NCBI GenBank assembly: GCA_017508315.1
Contig: JAFVZE010000350.1
Span: 1 to 44,455 of the forward strand
From: Kiritimatiellia bacterium
Lineage (GTDB): Bacteria > Verrucomicrobiota > Kiritimatiellia > RFP12 > UBA1067
Direction: 5' to 3'
DNA length: 44,455 nucleotides
Shown: positions 25,374 through 34,568 of the stretch, piece after piece
Position numbering within the stretch: the stretch's first letter is position 1
How the letters are laid out: each line of letters begins with the position of its first letter
Notes under the pieces: model-generated
Seen by the model: the letters and a program-made list of their open reading frames with translations, nothing else
Databases searched by the model: none
Told to the model about the DNA's origin: nothing
Program-made: the position numbers and the translations under genes

Positions 25374-25634
25374 ATGACAAGAAAAGACGCCGAAGTACGG
25401 GTGAAAAAACTGCAAGCGCAGCGTGATGCGCTTGTGGATCAAATTGCCGACGCCGATGTCACGTCGGCGACGATTTCTGCCGGTGGCGGGTCGAAGTCCT
25501 ACACCAATCGGTCGGTGGACGATCTGAAGAAGAAGGTTGCTTTCCTTGACCATGAAATCGCAAAGCTCGAAGCTCGCCTGGGCTACCGCTCCCATCCTGG
25601 CGCGATTCGGCATATCTTTCCGAGGTACGTCTGA
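25374..25634 (+). CDS. gpW-like head-tail joining protein
   Basis: 86 aa from ATG 25374: MTRKDAEVRVKKLQAQRDALVDQI...SYTNRSVDDLKKKVAFLDHEIAKLE. This resembles lambda gpW as I recall it (MTRQEELAAARAALHDL...FTATSVSDLKKYIAELE). It occupies the gpW position between terminase and portal. Confidence 0.55.
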   Translation: MTRKDAEVRVKKLQAQRDALVDQIADADVTSATISAGGGSKSYTNRSVDDLKKKVAFLDHEIAKLEARLGYRSHPGAIRHIFPRYV

Positions 25635-27307
25635 TGAAGCTCTGGCCGTTCAGCAAGCGCAGTAATGGTTCCGTCAGCTGGTCATCGCTCTCCGATGCCC
25701 AGCGTCGCCTGGTGGCTCGCAAGATCGCCGGTGCCGCGATGGAGCTCGGCGCTCGTGCTCACTTCGGCAAGGGGTACGAGGCGGTCACGCTCCCGTTCTC
25801 CGAGCAGCGCCGTCCGTCCTACATCGAGACCAAGGGCGAGGACGGCCAGCTCTCCGCTCGTGACCGCAATCGGATAGTCAATCTCCACCGCGACATGATG
25901 CGGAATTCTCCGACTCGTGTCGCTCAAGACCAGCAGATCCGCGTTAATGTCGTGGGTTCTGTCGGGGGCAAGATGTACGCTTCGTTCCCGCCGGCGTTCG
26001 CGAGTGCCGCGAATAAGGTCATGGAGTATTTTAACAAGACCTGGTTCCCTCGTGCCGAGTTCACCTTCAGGAAAAATTTCAACTGGTTGCTGAAAACTGT
26101 CCTCACGGCAGAGGACACGAACGGGAACGTCATCCTGGTTTTCGACGATGGGATCCTCACGGGCGGCAACGGCACGGGACGCATCCGCGGGTTTGAGGGC
26201 GACGAAATCGGCAACGTGCCGGAGCTTGAGAAGTTCTTCCCGAAGGGATTCGTGCAGTCGCACGGTCTCGTCTACAACAAGTCGGGGATGTTCACCGGTG
26301 CGTTCGTCTCGACCGTGCAGCGCGAGAAGATCCAGCGCGGCAAGGGTACGCTTGATCCGAAGCTCGGCGTGGTCGTGCTGAAGCAGGATCCGTTCGCGGA
26401 CGATCAGCTCGTGAATTGGATCCTTCTCGGCGATATGCGGCGCTTCAATCAGGGACGTGCCGTCTCGCCGATCACCGCAGCGATCACGTGTCTCATCGAC
26501 CTGCACGAGACGTGCGCGTCCGAGGCCCAGGCGGCGAAGATCAATGCGCAACTCGTCGGACAAATTCTCTCGGATGCGTCGGCGGACGAGGACACGTCCG
26601 GCGCTGCCGCGTTCGAGGACGAGCGTCCGGATGGTAAGGCCCTGCCCGAAACGAAGGAGTTCACGACGAAGGAGCTTACGGCCATCGGAGCCCACTTCGA
26701 CCAGATGCCACCGGGGCTGAAAATCGATCTCTTGCGGACCGAGCGGCCCAATCCAAATATGCCCGCCTACATCGAGTTCCTTACGGGGCTCGTCGGCGGG
26801 ACTCGCGGTCTCGCTCGCGTCTATGCGACGCTCAAGGCCCAGACCAGCTACACCGCGTTCCGCGGCGAGCAGGTCATGACCGCGCCGAGCTTCGAGGAGG
26901 CCCGTGCGGATCTCGAACGCGAGGTCTGCGATTGGGCGGCTCAGTGCGTCATCACTCGTGCCGTCCGTCTCGGTCTCATCACGGACGCCCTGCCGGACGG
27001 CTGGGAACATATGATCGCCTGGCGCTGGCCGAAAATGCGCGAGGTGTCCGAGAAGGATGCGCAGACCGCTCTGAAGCTCAAGTTCGAGAACGGCGTCACG
27101 TCTCTCTCGCGTGAGCTCGGCCCTGGCGAGGTTGAGAAGATCATCGCCGAGCGAGCTGCTGAAAAGGCGAAATTTGAAGCCGTGGGTCTCGCCTATCCTG
27201 GCGAGGCGAAGGAGAAGGATCCAGCGGTCAAAACTGTGCCGGAGGATGGTTCCGAAGGCGAAACTGAAGACGACAACAACGGAGGTAAAAATGCCGACGA
27301 AGAATAA
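25634..27307 (+). CDS. Portal protein (lambda gpB-like by position)
   Basis: 557 aa. Its start overlaps the gpW-like stop. It is followed by an overlapping protease/scaffold gene and has an acidic C-terminus (EDGSEGETEDDNNGGKNADEE). The call rests on size and synteny. Confidence 0.75.
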   Translation: MKLWPFSKRSNGSVSWSSLSDAQRRLVARKIAGAAMELGARAHFGKGYEAVTLPFSEQRRPSYIETKGEDGQLSARDRNRIVNLHRDMMRNSPTRVAQDQQIRVNVVGSVGGKMYASFPPAFASAANKVMEYFNKTWFPRAEFTFRKNFNWLLKTVLTAEDTNGNVILVFDDGILTGGNGTGRIRGFEGDEIGNVPELEKFFPKGFVQSHGLVYNKSGMFTGAFVSTVQREKIQRGKGTLDPKLGVVVLKQDPFADDQLVNWILLGDMRRFNQGRAVSPITAAITCLIDLHETCASEAQAAKINAQLVGQILSDASADEDTSGAAAFEDERPDGKALPETKEFTTKELTAIGAHFDQMPPGLKIDLLRTERPNPNMPAYIEFLTGLVGGTRGLARVYATLKAQTSYTAFRGEQVMTAPSFEEARADLEREVCDWAAQCVITRAVRLGLITDALPDGWEHMIAWRWPKMREVSEKDAQTALKLKFENGVTSLSRELGPGEVEKIIAERAAEKAKFEAVGLAYPGEAKEKDPAVKTVPEDGSEGETEDDNNGGKNADEE

Positions 27308-28598
27308 GTTCAAGCCGATGAAGACCCGCTTCCGGGCGACCTTCGCCGGTGTGCAGCTTGGCGACAAGCTGCTCGAATCTGTTGATAAGGAGAACGAGGT
27401 GCTGCACGGGGTGCAGATCACGCTCGAGGGCGAGGCGCGCGGTCACGGCGTCTGGCTCGACCGCGAGTTTTGCGAGGCGGTCGCCGCTGCCGGAAACGCC
27501 ACGGGCGACGTCGGCGTTAAGGTGCGCTATGGTCATCCGGCCATGTGCTCGGACGCTATCGGCACCGAGCTGGCCCGTGCGAAGAATTTCAGGGTTGTGG
27601 TTTTGGATCGGGACAAGTCGGTCGACGGCGAGGACGTCAGCGCCAAGGGCGTGGCGGGTGTGCTCGCGGACGTCTACATCTTGAAGTCCGCTCATTCGGC
27701 TCCGCTTGGCGATATCGCCAAGCACGTGATGGAGACCGCTGCCGAGGATCCGAAGCAGTTCGGGCAGTCCATTGTTTTCACGTATTCCGACTGGGTCGTG
27801 AAGGACAAGGACGGCGTCCGTCATTCCTATCGCGAGGAGGTCATGGGCGTCGATGCCGAAGGTAAGGTCATCGTCGGCGAGGACGGCAAGGCGAAGGATC
27901 GAATCTCCGAGGATGCTTGGAAGGCGCAATCTGCCGACGGCAAGGAGTACGCCGTGCTCGGTAAGTTCCTGGGGACGGACTTCACGGACACTCCGGCGGC
28001 GACCGACGGCATCTTCTCCACGGGGACTCTCGCGGAACGCGTCGAGGACATCCTGGCGGAGAATCCTGAAATCATGGACGTCCTCGAAAAGTCGCCGAAG
28101 AACGTCATGGAGTTCCTCGAGCGCACCGGTCTCGACAAGCGGCTCGAGTCCGTCCGTGTCGCCGGTCTCCAGGCGGCGAAGGATAAGGAGATCGCCGAGC
28201 TTCGCGTGGCGAAGGACGGCGATCTTGCCGCTCTCCAGGCGAAGTTCGATGCTTACAGGAAGACGGCCCAGGACGCTGCCGAAGCGCAGCTCAAGGAGGC
28301 GCTTGGGAAGAAGGACGAGGAGATCTCGAAGCTCGCGTCCGAAGTCGAAGGTTTGAAATCCGGCCATGTCAAGGATGCCGAGGCCCTTGCCGCTCACGGG
28401 TGTGAGTCGGTTGAGCAGCTTTGCGGCAAACTCGACGAAACGACCAAGGCCCTTTCGGAAACGAAAGCAGCCCTGGATCGTGAAGCGAGGCGCTATCGCG
28501 AGCAGGTCGGTGTCGCGTTGGCGATCCCGCATGGCGACGTTGCGGGGCTGACTGGGCGTGATCGTGCGCTCGCGGCTCTCGCGTCTCGTGCGCAGTAA
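27291..28598 (+). CDS. Prohead protease fused to a coiled-coil scaffold domain
   Basis: 435 aa from ATG 27291 (RBS GGAGGT). The N-terminal half has HK97/S78-like patterns (VRYGHPAM..AIG; GQSIVFTY). The C-terminal ~130 aa is an A/K/E-rich coiled coil (LQAAKDKEIAELRVAKDG..LKEALGKKDEEISKLASEVEGLK). The ORF-track start at 27111 lies in the portal overlap frame and is not supported. Confidence 0.6.
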   Translation: MPTKNKFKPMKTRFRATFAGVQLGDKLLESVDKENEVLHGVQITLEGEARGHGVWLDREFCEAVAAAGNATGDVGVKVRYGHPAMCSDAIGTELARAKNFRVVVLDRDKSVDGEDVSAKGVAGVLADVYILKSAHSAPLGDIAKHVMETAAEDPKQFGQSIVFTYSDWVVKDKDGVRHSYREEVMGVDAEGKVIVGEDGKAKDRISEDAWKAQSADGKEYAVLGKFLGTDFTDTPAATDGIFSTGTLAERVEDILAENPEIMDVLEKSPKNVMEFLERTGLDKRLESVRVAGLQAAKDKEIAELRVAKDGDLAALQAKFDAYRKTAQDAAEAQLKEALGKKDEEISKLASEVEGLKSGHVKDAEALAAHGCESVEQLCGKLDETTKALSETKAALDREARRYREQVGVALAIPHGDVAGLTGRDRALAALASRAQ

Positions 28599-28639
28599 CT
28601 GAATCAATCACTTTGCTCTACTGAAAGGAAAAAGTAAAA

Positions 28640-29656
28640 ATGGCTAAGATTATTGATCTTGTGACGAATGCCGGTCAGGTCGACGTCACCAAGGGCATCG
28701 TCGAAGAGGTCATCAAGGTCGTTCCGGAGCTCGAGTTCTTCGATGCGACGACGATCAAGGGTACGACCATCTCGACGCTGGCGCGTACCTCGCTGCCGAC
28801 GGTTGCGTTCCGCAACATCGGCGATCCCGTCTCGAGCAGCCGCTCGACGTTCGAGGAGCGCGAGGCGACCTGTAAAATGCTCTCCGGTCGTGCGGAGATT
28901 TCGGACGCCGAAATCAAGAAGAATCCGCTCATGACGCAGGACGAGCAGTGCGTGGACGAAGCCGTCGCGACGCTGACTGCCGCTGGCAAGACGCTGGCGA
29001 AGCAGATCTGGTACGGGCCGGGTGTGGCGGATGCGAAGGGCTTCGACGGCGCGGTCAATCTCGTCGATGCGTCGATGATCACGAAGGCCGGCAGCGGCAC
29101 GGCTGGCGCGAACACCTCCGTCTGGTTCCTCTGCAATGGCGCGAAGACGGCCTGTGGTCTCCTCTTCTCCGAGAATTCCAAGATCCTCGGAACGGAGGAT
29201 CTTGAGTTCCGTCATGGCGACATCGAGATCAAGGAGAAGAAGACCGTGCTCGTTCCCGACGATGGCGAGGAGTCCGGCTTCAGGGAGGAGGAGATTGAGT
29301 ATGTCGTTGGCGTCGAGCCCGGCATGATCGGCGACCTCACGAGCTACGCGGCGTTCCACGTGGCGAACGAGAAGCAGCTCATGCGTCTCTGCAACGTCAC
29401 GGCGGCCACCGGTCTCACGGACGATATGCTGCGTGACTGCATCGAGGCGTTCGCCGAGGTGAACAACGGCAAGCTGCCGGACGCGATCTTCATGTCCTAC
29501 AGGGCCAGGAAGATGCTCCGCAAGAGCCGCACCCTCACGATGCAGGTGAAGTCCGGCGTGAATGCGCAGGTGTTCGCTCCGACCCCGGTCGACTGCGACG
29601 GCATCCGCATCATCGCGACGGGCGCGATCCTCGACACCGAGGCGGTCGTTTCGTAA
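28640..29656 (+). CDS. Major capsid protein (HK97-fold by position and size)
   Basis: 338 aa. It lies immediately after the protease/scaffold gene and has an AAAGGAAAAAG RBS region. Two strong hairpins follow it. Confidence 0.7.
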   Translation: MAKIIDLVTNAGQVDVTKGIVEEVIKVVPELEFFDATTIKGTTISTLARTSLPTVAFRNIGDPVSSSRSTFEEREATCKMLSGRAEISDAEIKKNPLMTQDEQCVDEAVATLTAAGKTLAKQIWYGPGVADAKGFDGAVNLVDASMITKAGSGTAGANTSVWFLCNGAKTACGLLFSENSKILGTEDLEFRHGDIEIKEKKTVLVPDDGEESGFREEEIEYVVGVEPGMIGDLTSYAAFHVANEKQLMRLCNVTAATGLTDDMLRDCIEAFAEVNNGKLPDAIFMSYRARKMLRKSRTLTMQVKSGVNAQVFAPTPVDCDGIRIIATGAILDTEAVVS

Positions 29657-29668
29657 CGGCCAAGGGTG

Positions 29669-29770
29669 GGGAGCCGGTCGTGTGGCCGGTTCCCTTCCCG
29701 GCAGGGGTCGGACGCGAACCTTGACAATCCTTTCTTTCATTATCCTCCGCGCCCGATCCCTGCCGGGAAG
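29669..29770 (+). other. Two stacked RNA hairpins in the capsid-downstream intergenic region
   Basis: Hairpin 1: GGGAGCCGG-8 nt-CCGGTTCCC (29669-29694). Hairpin 2: CTTCCCGGCAGGGGTCGG (29694-29711) pairs with CCCGATCCCTGCCGGGAAG (29752-29770). That is a 17/18 match enclosing a ~40-nt loop that contains TTGACA. Confidence 0.6.
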
Positions 29771-29797
29771 AATCCCGCCGCAGGGGAGAAATAAGAA

Positions 29798-30130
29798 ATG
29801 TTCAGAATTCCGGTATACGCACTCAAGCCTATGTCCGAGCCGATCGTCTGGAGGCAGGACCGCAAACCGCACCGCACGGCGGCGGTTTCGGCCGTGCTGA
29901 CTCACGGCGCTGCGGATGCGACCGTCGCCGGTCATCCGCTCGGGGAGATCACGGCGGATCCGTGGGTCGTTCAGCTCGTCGACGGTGATGATTTGGAGGG
30001 GCAGATTGCCGTCGGCGACACGTTCCGCTGCGGCGGCGCGGACGGCTCGCTTTTCTCGGTTCAGCAGATCATCTCCGGCGCGGGCGCGAAGCTGTTCGTC
30101 TGCTCGGCCAACGAAAGGTCTCCGCTCTGA
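29798..30130 (+). CDS. Head-tail connector/head completion protein (by position)
   Basis: 110-aa ORF between the capsid and tail genes. Its stop overlaps the next start (TGATG). Confidence 0.45.
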   Translation: MFRIPVYALKPMSEPIVWRQDRKPHRTAAVSAVLTHGAADATVAGHPLGEITADPWVVQLVDGDDLEGQIAVGDTFRCGGADGSLFSVQQIISGAGAKLFVCSANERSPL

Positions 30131-30753
30131 TGCCCTCCTACACGGTAGCAACTCGCGGAATCGACATCTCTCGCGGTCGCGGCGCGGCGAAGGTCACGAT
30201 CTTGGTCTCGTTCAAGGAGCTCGAGGTCTGGGCGAAGAAGAACGCGCTCGATACCTCTCTGCTCATGCAGAGCTCCTTTCTCCGCGCCTGCAAGGGGTTG
30301 AAGGAGAAATTGAAGCAGGTGATGCGCTCTGGCGGCGGCGTTTGCGGCGTGCCGAAATTCAAGGATTTCGAGGCGTTCACGAAGGAGCTCCGCGCCGCGT
30401 CCGGCAAAAAAACGCGCATGGGCGGTGTTCTCGCCGAAAAGGAGTCGTTCTACGGCGGTCGCTCCGGCGCTTGGTATTACGTCGGCTGGAAGGACTATCT
30501 CGCGCAGGCGGCGAAGAAATTCCAGGACGGGCTGGGCGGCGAAATCTCCGAACGGTATTTCACCGATGCGAACTACCGCGCCATGTGGCACCGTAAGGGG
30601 CTGAAGAATGTTCCGCGCTCCTACGTTCACAATCCGCGCCGCGTTCTCCCGGAGCCGTTCGGGTCGTACGTCCGCGCTCATCTCGACGAATGGGCGAAAG
30701 GCGCATTTTACAAGGAGCTTGCACGGCAGATGCAGAAAGGATCGAAGGCGTGA
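30130..30753 (+). CDS. Virion morphogenesis protein (head-tail adaptor region), function unknown
   Basis: 207-aa ORF, translationally coupled on both sides, in the head-tail joining module. Confidence 0.45.
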   Translation: MPSYTVATRGIDISRGRGAAKVTILVSFKELEVWAKKNALDTSLLMQSSFLRACKGLKEKLKQVMRSGGGVCGVPKFKDFEAFTKELRAASGKKTRMGGVLAEKESFYGGRSGAWYYVGWKDYLAQAAKKFQDGLGGEISERYFTDANYRAMWHRKGLKNVPRSYVHNPRRVLPEPFGSYVRAHLDEWAKGAFYKELARQMQKGSKA

Positions 30754-30770
30754 TCTCACATCGCAGAATC

Positions 30771-31241
30771 ATGAAGAATATCGGCGAGGCGGTCCGCTCG
30801 TCTGAAAACGTGCGCCGCTTCTGCGTTGACAATTTCGGTCGGGGACTTGACGTCCACGTCGGCGCTTACCCCGACGGAATTCCGGGCGTCGAGGACTCGC
30901 CGTTTCTGTGGATCCAGCCGAAGGATGAAAGCGAGGACGTAAAAACCGACGAAACCTTCACCGTGCGTCTCGTCGTCGGCGGCGCGGTCAAAGGCCCGGA
31001 GGGCGAGTCGGTGATCGAGAATGTTCTCGCCGTCAGGACCGCCGAATCGAACGGCCTTACAGTCAACGGCGGGAATGAAATCGTCGAGGATCTGCGCGAC
31101 CTCGTTCTCGAGGTTGTGCGCGGCGCGAAGGTCGGCGCGATCGTCGCGAAAATCCGCCGCGACGAAAACGACATCTCTCACTTTCCGCTCGAATGGGCGA
31201 ACGTCTACATCGACTATTTCGAGCCGGAAGCTCTTAACTGA
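30771..31241 (+). CDS. Tail completion/terminator-like protein (by position)
   Basis: 156 aa from ATG 30771. An alternative GTG at 30750 would overlap the previous stop. It lies immediately upstream of the tail tube gene. Confidence 0.45.
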   Translation: MKNIGEAVRSSENVRRFCVDNFGRGLDVHVGAYPDGIPGVEDSPFLWIQPKDESEDVKTDETFTVRLVVGGAVKGPEGESVIENVLAVRTAESNGLTVNGGNEIVEDLRDLVLEVVRGAKVGAIVAKIRRDENDISHFPLEWANVYIDYFEPEALN

Positions 31242-31267
31242 AATCCCCAAAAAAGGAGGAGTCCAAA

Positions 31268-31798
31268 ATGGCAGTCAAACGTTTTGCGGTCAAGTCCGCG
31301 ACATTCAAATTCGGCGACAAGACCTTCGATATGGAGACCGGTCCGGTCATGAAGGCCGAAACGCGCGAGGCGGTCGAGGTGACCGCGCTTTCCGACGCGG
31401 TAAAAAGGTTCATCCCCGGCGCTCTCAAGGAAGTCGACGAGTTCACGGTTTCGCTCTACATGACCGGTGCGGCGGACATCACCGTCGACTCCGCGCCCGC
31501 CGCGCTCAGGATCGAAGTCGTCATCGAGAACGGTGAAAGCGAGGATGTCTCGTTCGCTCTCGAATATCCGACGGCCATCGTCACCAAGGTCGCGCCGTCG
31601 CAGATTCAGGCGAGCTCCGATCGTAAGGCGCTCTACGATGTCACGATCCGTCCCGACGGCTCCGATGCCGCCGCGCAGACCGACGGCTCCGATGCCGCCG
31701 CGCAGACCGACGGCTCCGATGCCGCCGCGCAGACCGACGGCTCCGATGCCGCCGCGCAGACCGACGGCTCCGATGCCGCCGCGCAGACCGACGGCTGA
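31268..31798 (+). CDS. Major tail (tube) protein with a C-terminal (DGSDAAAQT)x5 repeat appendage
   Basis: 176 aa with RBS AAAGGAGGAG. It sits directly upstream of the G/GT chaperone pair and the tape measure gene, the conserved siphovirus order. Confidence 0.65.
   Translation: MAVKRFAVKSATFKFGDKTFDMETGPVMKAETREAVEVTALSDAVKRFIPGALKEVDEFTVSLYMTGAADITVDSAPAALRIEVVIENGESEDVSFALEYPTAIVTKVAPSQIQASSDRKALYDVTIRPDGSDAAAQTDGSDAAAQTDGSDAAAQTDGSDAAAQTDGSDAAAQTDG
31655..31795 (+). repeat. Perfect tandem repeat, 27 bp x 5.2 copies
   Basis: gacggctccgatgccgccgcgcagacc is repeated without a single mismatch at 31655, 31682, 31709, 31736 and 31763. A partial gacggc follows before the stop. Confidence 0.97.
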
Positions 31799-31820
31799 AA
31801 TCTCCGGCGAGGTGTGAACG

Positions 31821-32102
31821 ATGTCGTTTGCGGATGTATTCGAGCTTAAGCTCGGCGAGACTCTGGTCCGGGGGCGTCGGCTGACTATCAGGGAGCTGCG
31901 GGAGAACTATTCCGCGCTCCTGGAGGATCGGCTCGACGTTCCGAGGGCGCTCGAACTTGTCCGCGAGCACGTCACGCTCGCGGACGGCGGCGCGTTCGAT
32001 CCCGAGGACGTCTCGATGGATCAGATGCGTCGGCTCATCGCCGAGATGACGCTTCCGGAGGAAGGACGCGGTATCTCGGATTTTATCGGGCTGCTCTGCT
32101 GA
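31821..32102 (+). CDS. Tail assembly chaperone (gpG-like)
   Basis: 93-aa acidic ORF between the tail tube and tape measure genes. Confidence 0.6.
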   Translation: MSFADVFELKLGETLVRGRRLTIRELRENYSALLEDRLDVPRALELVREHVTLADGGAFDPEDVSMDQMRRLIAEMTLPEEGRGISDFIGLLC

Positions 32103-32407
32103 AAGGCGGAGCGTCGTCGGCGGCGAGCCGGTGTCTCGACGAGGGACGGCTCGCGATGGGGGTGTGGCTGCCGATCGCGCTTGCGGAGATCTACCAGGTT
32201 CTCGTGGCGCACCTGTCGGTATACTCCAAGGAGATAAAGGTCCCGAGCGTCTCCGAGGCTCTCCATTCGTTCGCGCTTCCTGCCCTCTCCGAGGCGATGC
32301 GCGGCGACGAGCGCGAGCGCAAAGACCGCGAACTTGTCGAGCGGCTTCGCTCTATGGCCGAAAAGACCGGCGGTAAATTCAAAATCGAAAAAGGCGGGAA
32401 AACGTGA
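32081..32407 (+). CDS. gpT-like -1 frame extension of the tail assembly chaperone (putative G-T frameshift product)
   Basis: I checked the -1 frame codon by codon. It is open from at least 32042 to the stop at 32405-32407, which overlaps the tape-measure GTG start. A U-run (GAUUUUAUC, 32079-32087) lies 15 nt before the G stop. Confidence 0.45.
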   Translation, partial: FYRAALLKGGASSAASRCLDEGRLAMGVWLPIALAEIYQVLVAHLSVYSKEIKVPSVSEALHSFALPALSEAMRGDERERKDRELVERLRSMAEKTGGKFKIEKGGKT

Positions 32408-33636
32408 GCAGCTCAACTCACCAGATAAAAATCAAAGGCGTCGACCAGACCTCTGCCGCGTTCGGCTCGGTCAAAGGTCGCGCCGTCGCGACCGGGCAGC
32501 AGATCCAGAAGATGGTCGGCGGCGCTCTCGCCGCCGCAGGCGCGTATCTTTCGTTAGGCGCCGTCAAGGGCGGGATCGACGAGCTCGGGCATCTCTCCGA
32601 CATCGCGATGAAGACGTCCACCAACGTCGGCGAGCTTACGCAGATGACGGCGGCGTTCGGTGCGCTCGGGATTCAGAATATGTCGGTCGAAAATCTCGCC
32701 AAGTCGTTCGACTATATGGCGAAGACCACCGGCCGCTCCGGCATGGAAGGATTCTATGAGACCCTTGAGGAGCTCGGCAAAATCGAAGATACCGCCAAGC
32801 GCGGGCAGGAGGCGATGCGCATTTTCGGCCGCTCCGGCATGGAATTCATGCCGCTCATAAACGCCGCCGGTCAAAGCGCCGACGCGCTGCGTACGGTCGC
32901 CTCGGCGATGCCGTCCATCCCGCAGGCGGCTGCCGATGCCGGTGACGCCTGCGCCGACGCGATGGGATTCGCCGCCGGGCAGATGAAATCGATCTGGCTG
33001 CAGGGTCTCGGCGCGGTCTGCGGATGGTTCGACAATGAATACGCCGGCGGCGTCCAGGAGGCGTCTCTCCGCGCCGGGAATTACATGGAGTATTACGCGA
33101 AGGTGGGTGCGGCGAAGGCCATCACCGCGTTTAGAAAAGTCCAGGAATATCTCAAGCGCTTCGGCGATTCCATCGGCTCGTTCATCGGCGCCAAAATGGG
33201 CGGCGGCAGCTGGTCCGACGCATGGGACGCGGCCAAGGGCGCCTATTCGGCGGCGGTCGAAGAATACGAGACGGTCGCGATCGAACTTGAAAAGCGCGAA
33301 ACGGCGCGGACCGAACGTTTCAAGCGCGAATTTGAGAAACGCGCCATCGCGATCGAAAAATACAACGGCGCGGCGACTGCTGCAGCCGTCGGCGTGAAAG
33401 ACCGCGAAAAAATGGGCGGCGGCATCAATATCGCCGAAGAGGCGAAAAAAAGTCCGACCGTCAAAAACGAACTCATTCTCGGCGGGCATGACGCGAACCG
33501 TCTCTCGCTCCTGGGGCCGCAGTTCCAGAGCGAAACGAAAAAGCAGACGACGCTCCTGCAGAAGATCGCCGAAAACACGCAGAAGACTTCGGAGAATACC
33601 GAGGCCGTCTCCGAATCGAATCTGGAGGTCATCTGA
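32404..33636 (+). CDS. Tape measure protein (short, 410 aa)
   Basis: N-terminal TMP-like region ..LGHLSDIAMKTSTNVGELTQMTAAFGALGIQNMSVENLAKSFDYMAKTTGRSG..AMRIFGRSGMEFMPLINA, followed by helical A/E/K-rich sequence. It follows the G/GT pair. Confidence 0.8.
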   Translation: MSSSTHQIKIKGVDQTSAAFGSVKGRAVATGQQIQKMVGGALAAAGAYLSLGAVKGGIDELGHLSDIAMKTSTNVGELTQMTAAFGALGIQNMSVENLAKSFDYMAKTTGRSGMEGFYETLEELGKIEDTAKRGQEAMRIFGRSGMEFMPLINAAGQSADALRTVASAMPSIPQAAADAGDACADAMGFAAGQMKSIWLQGLGAVCGWFDNEYAGGVQEASLRAGNYMEYYAKVGAAKAITAFRKVQEYLKRFGDSIGSFIGAKMGGGSWSDAWDAAKGAYSAAVEEYETVAIELEKRETARTERFKREFEKRAIAIEKYNGAATAAAVGVKDREKMGGGINIAEEAKKSPTVKNELILGGHDANRLSLLGPQFQSETKKQTTLLQKIAENTQKTSENTEAVSESNLEVI

Positions 33637-34553
33637 TGGCTAATGTCTCAAAACTGAAAGACGCGCGGCGCTGGAGCGTCGACATGTGCGGAGTCTCGGC
33701 GCTCAAAAGAAAATATGTCGTCGTTTGCGACGAGGTGACCGGCGAAAACGGCGAGCAGAAGGAATTCCCCGGCGTTCCCGCGATCGGATCCGTGCATCCG
33801 GTTTATAAGAATCTTCAGGTCGAAAGCTACGACGTCGAAGAGGGCGAAGGCGTAGCCAAGCGGACTCTCACCGTGACGGTCAACTACGCCGTGTTCGCGG
33901 GCGAGACCGGCGGCTCGGGACAGGATGCGACCGCGCAGGTCGAAAAGTGGGGCTGGGATTTCGGAACCGATGAGCGTGAAATGGTCGATGCGGTCGACGG
34001 GAAGGCGGTTCTCAATTCGGCGGGCGATGTCTTTGATCGCGTGCCGACGATCTCCGTTCCCGCGCCGACATTCACGAAGGTGGTCAAGTTCCGCACCCGC
34101 CAGAACGGGATGGATAACAACTGCAAGGTCAATCAGGGGTCGGTGACCATCGGCGGTCGCTCCTATCCTGAAGGCTCTCTCCTCTGTCTTGTTTCCGAGG
34201 AGCGCATCATCGGCGATCTTGTATGGGCCTTTCGCTACACCGTCCAGCTCAAGTTCCGCTCCAATCCGGTCAAGCTCGAGGGCGGCTCCACCGCGACCGA
34301 CATCGGTTGGGACGTCGCCATCACCGATGCCGGAATGCGCGAGCTCAGCGCCGACGGCAAGCTGAAACTCATCAAGGCCGTCGATTCCGAAACCGGGAGA
34401 AAATGTACCGTCACCTCCCCGGAACTGCTCGACGGCAACGGTCACGCCGTTTCGCGCTCCGGCGGAGTGCCGAAGCCGTACAACATCCGCTTCAAGGCCT
34501 ACGAGCGCGCGAGCTTTCCGAATTGGTTTTATTCCGAGCCGCCGATGGCTTAA
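33636..34553 (+). CDS. Distal tail/tail-tip protein (by position)
   Basis: 305-aa ORF whose start overlaps the TMP stop (ATGA-type). Confidence 0.45.
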   Translation: MANVSKLKDARRWSVDMCGVSALKRKYVVVCDEVTGENGEQKEFPGVPAIGSVHPVYKNLQVESYDVEEGEGVAKRTLTVTVNYAVFAGETGGSGQDATAQVEKWGWDFGTDEREMVDAVDGKAVLNSAGDVFDRVPTISVPAPTFTKVVKFRTRQNGMDNNCKVNQGSVTIGGRSYPEGSLLCLVSEERIIGDLVWAFRYTVQLKFRSNPVKLEGGSTATDIGWDVAITDAGMRELSADGKLKLIKAVDSETGRKCTVTSPELLDGNGHAVSRSGGVPKPYNIRFKAYERASFPNWFYSEPPMA

Positions 34554-34568
34554 AAAAAAGGAGAGAAA

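Noticed and set aside
27111-27290. Upstream part of ORF 27111-28598
   Set aside because: It overlaps the portal 3' end in another frame with an Arg-rich product. A strong RBS plus ATG at 27291 gives the expected protease start.
31655-31795. CRISPR-like array
   Set aside because: The repeats are directly tandem with no spacers, are in frame within a CDS, and no cas genes are present.
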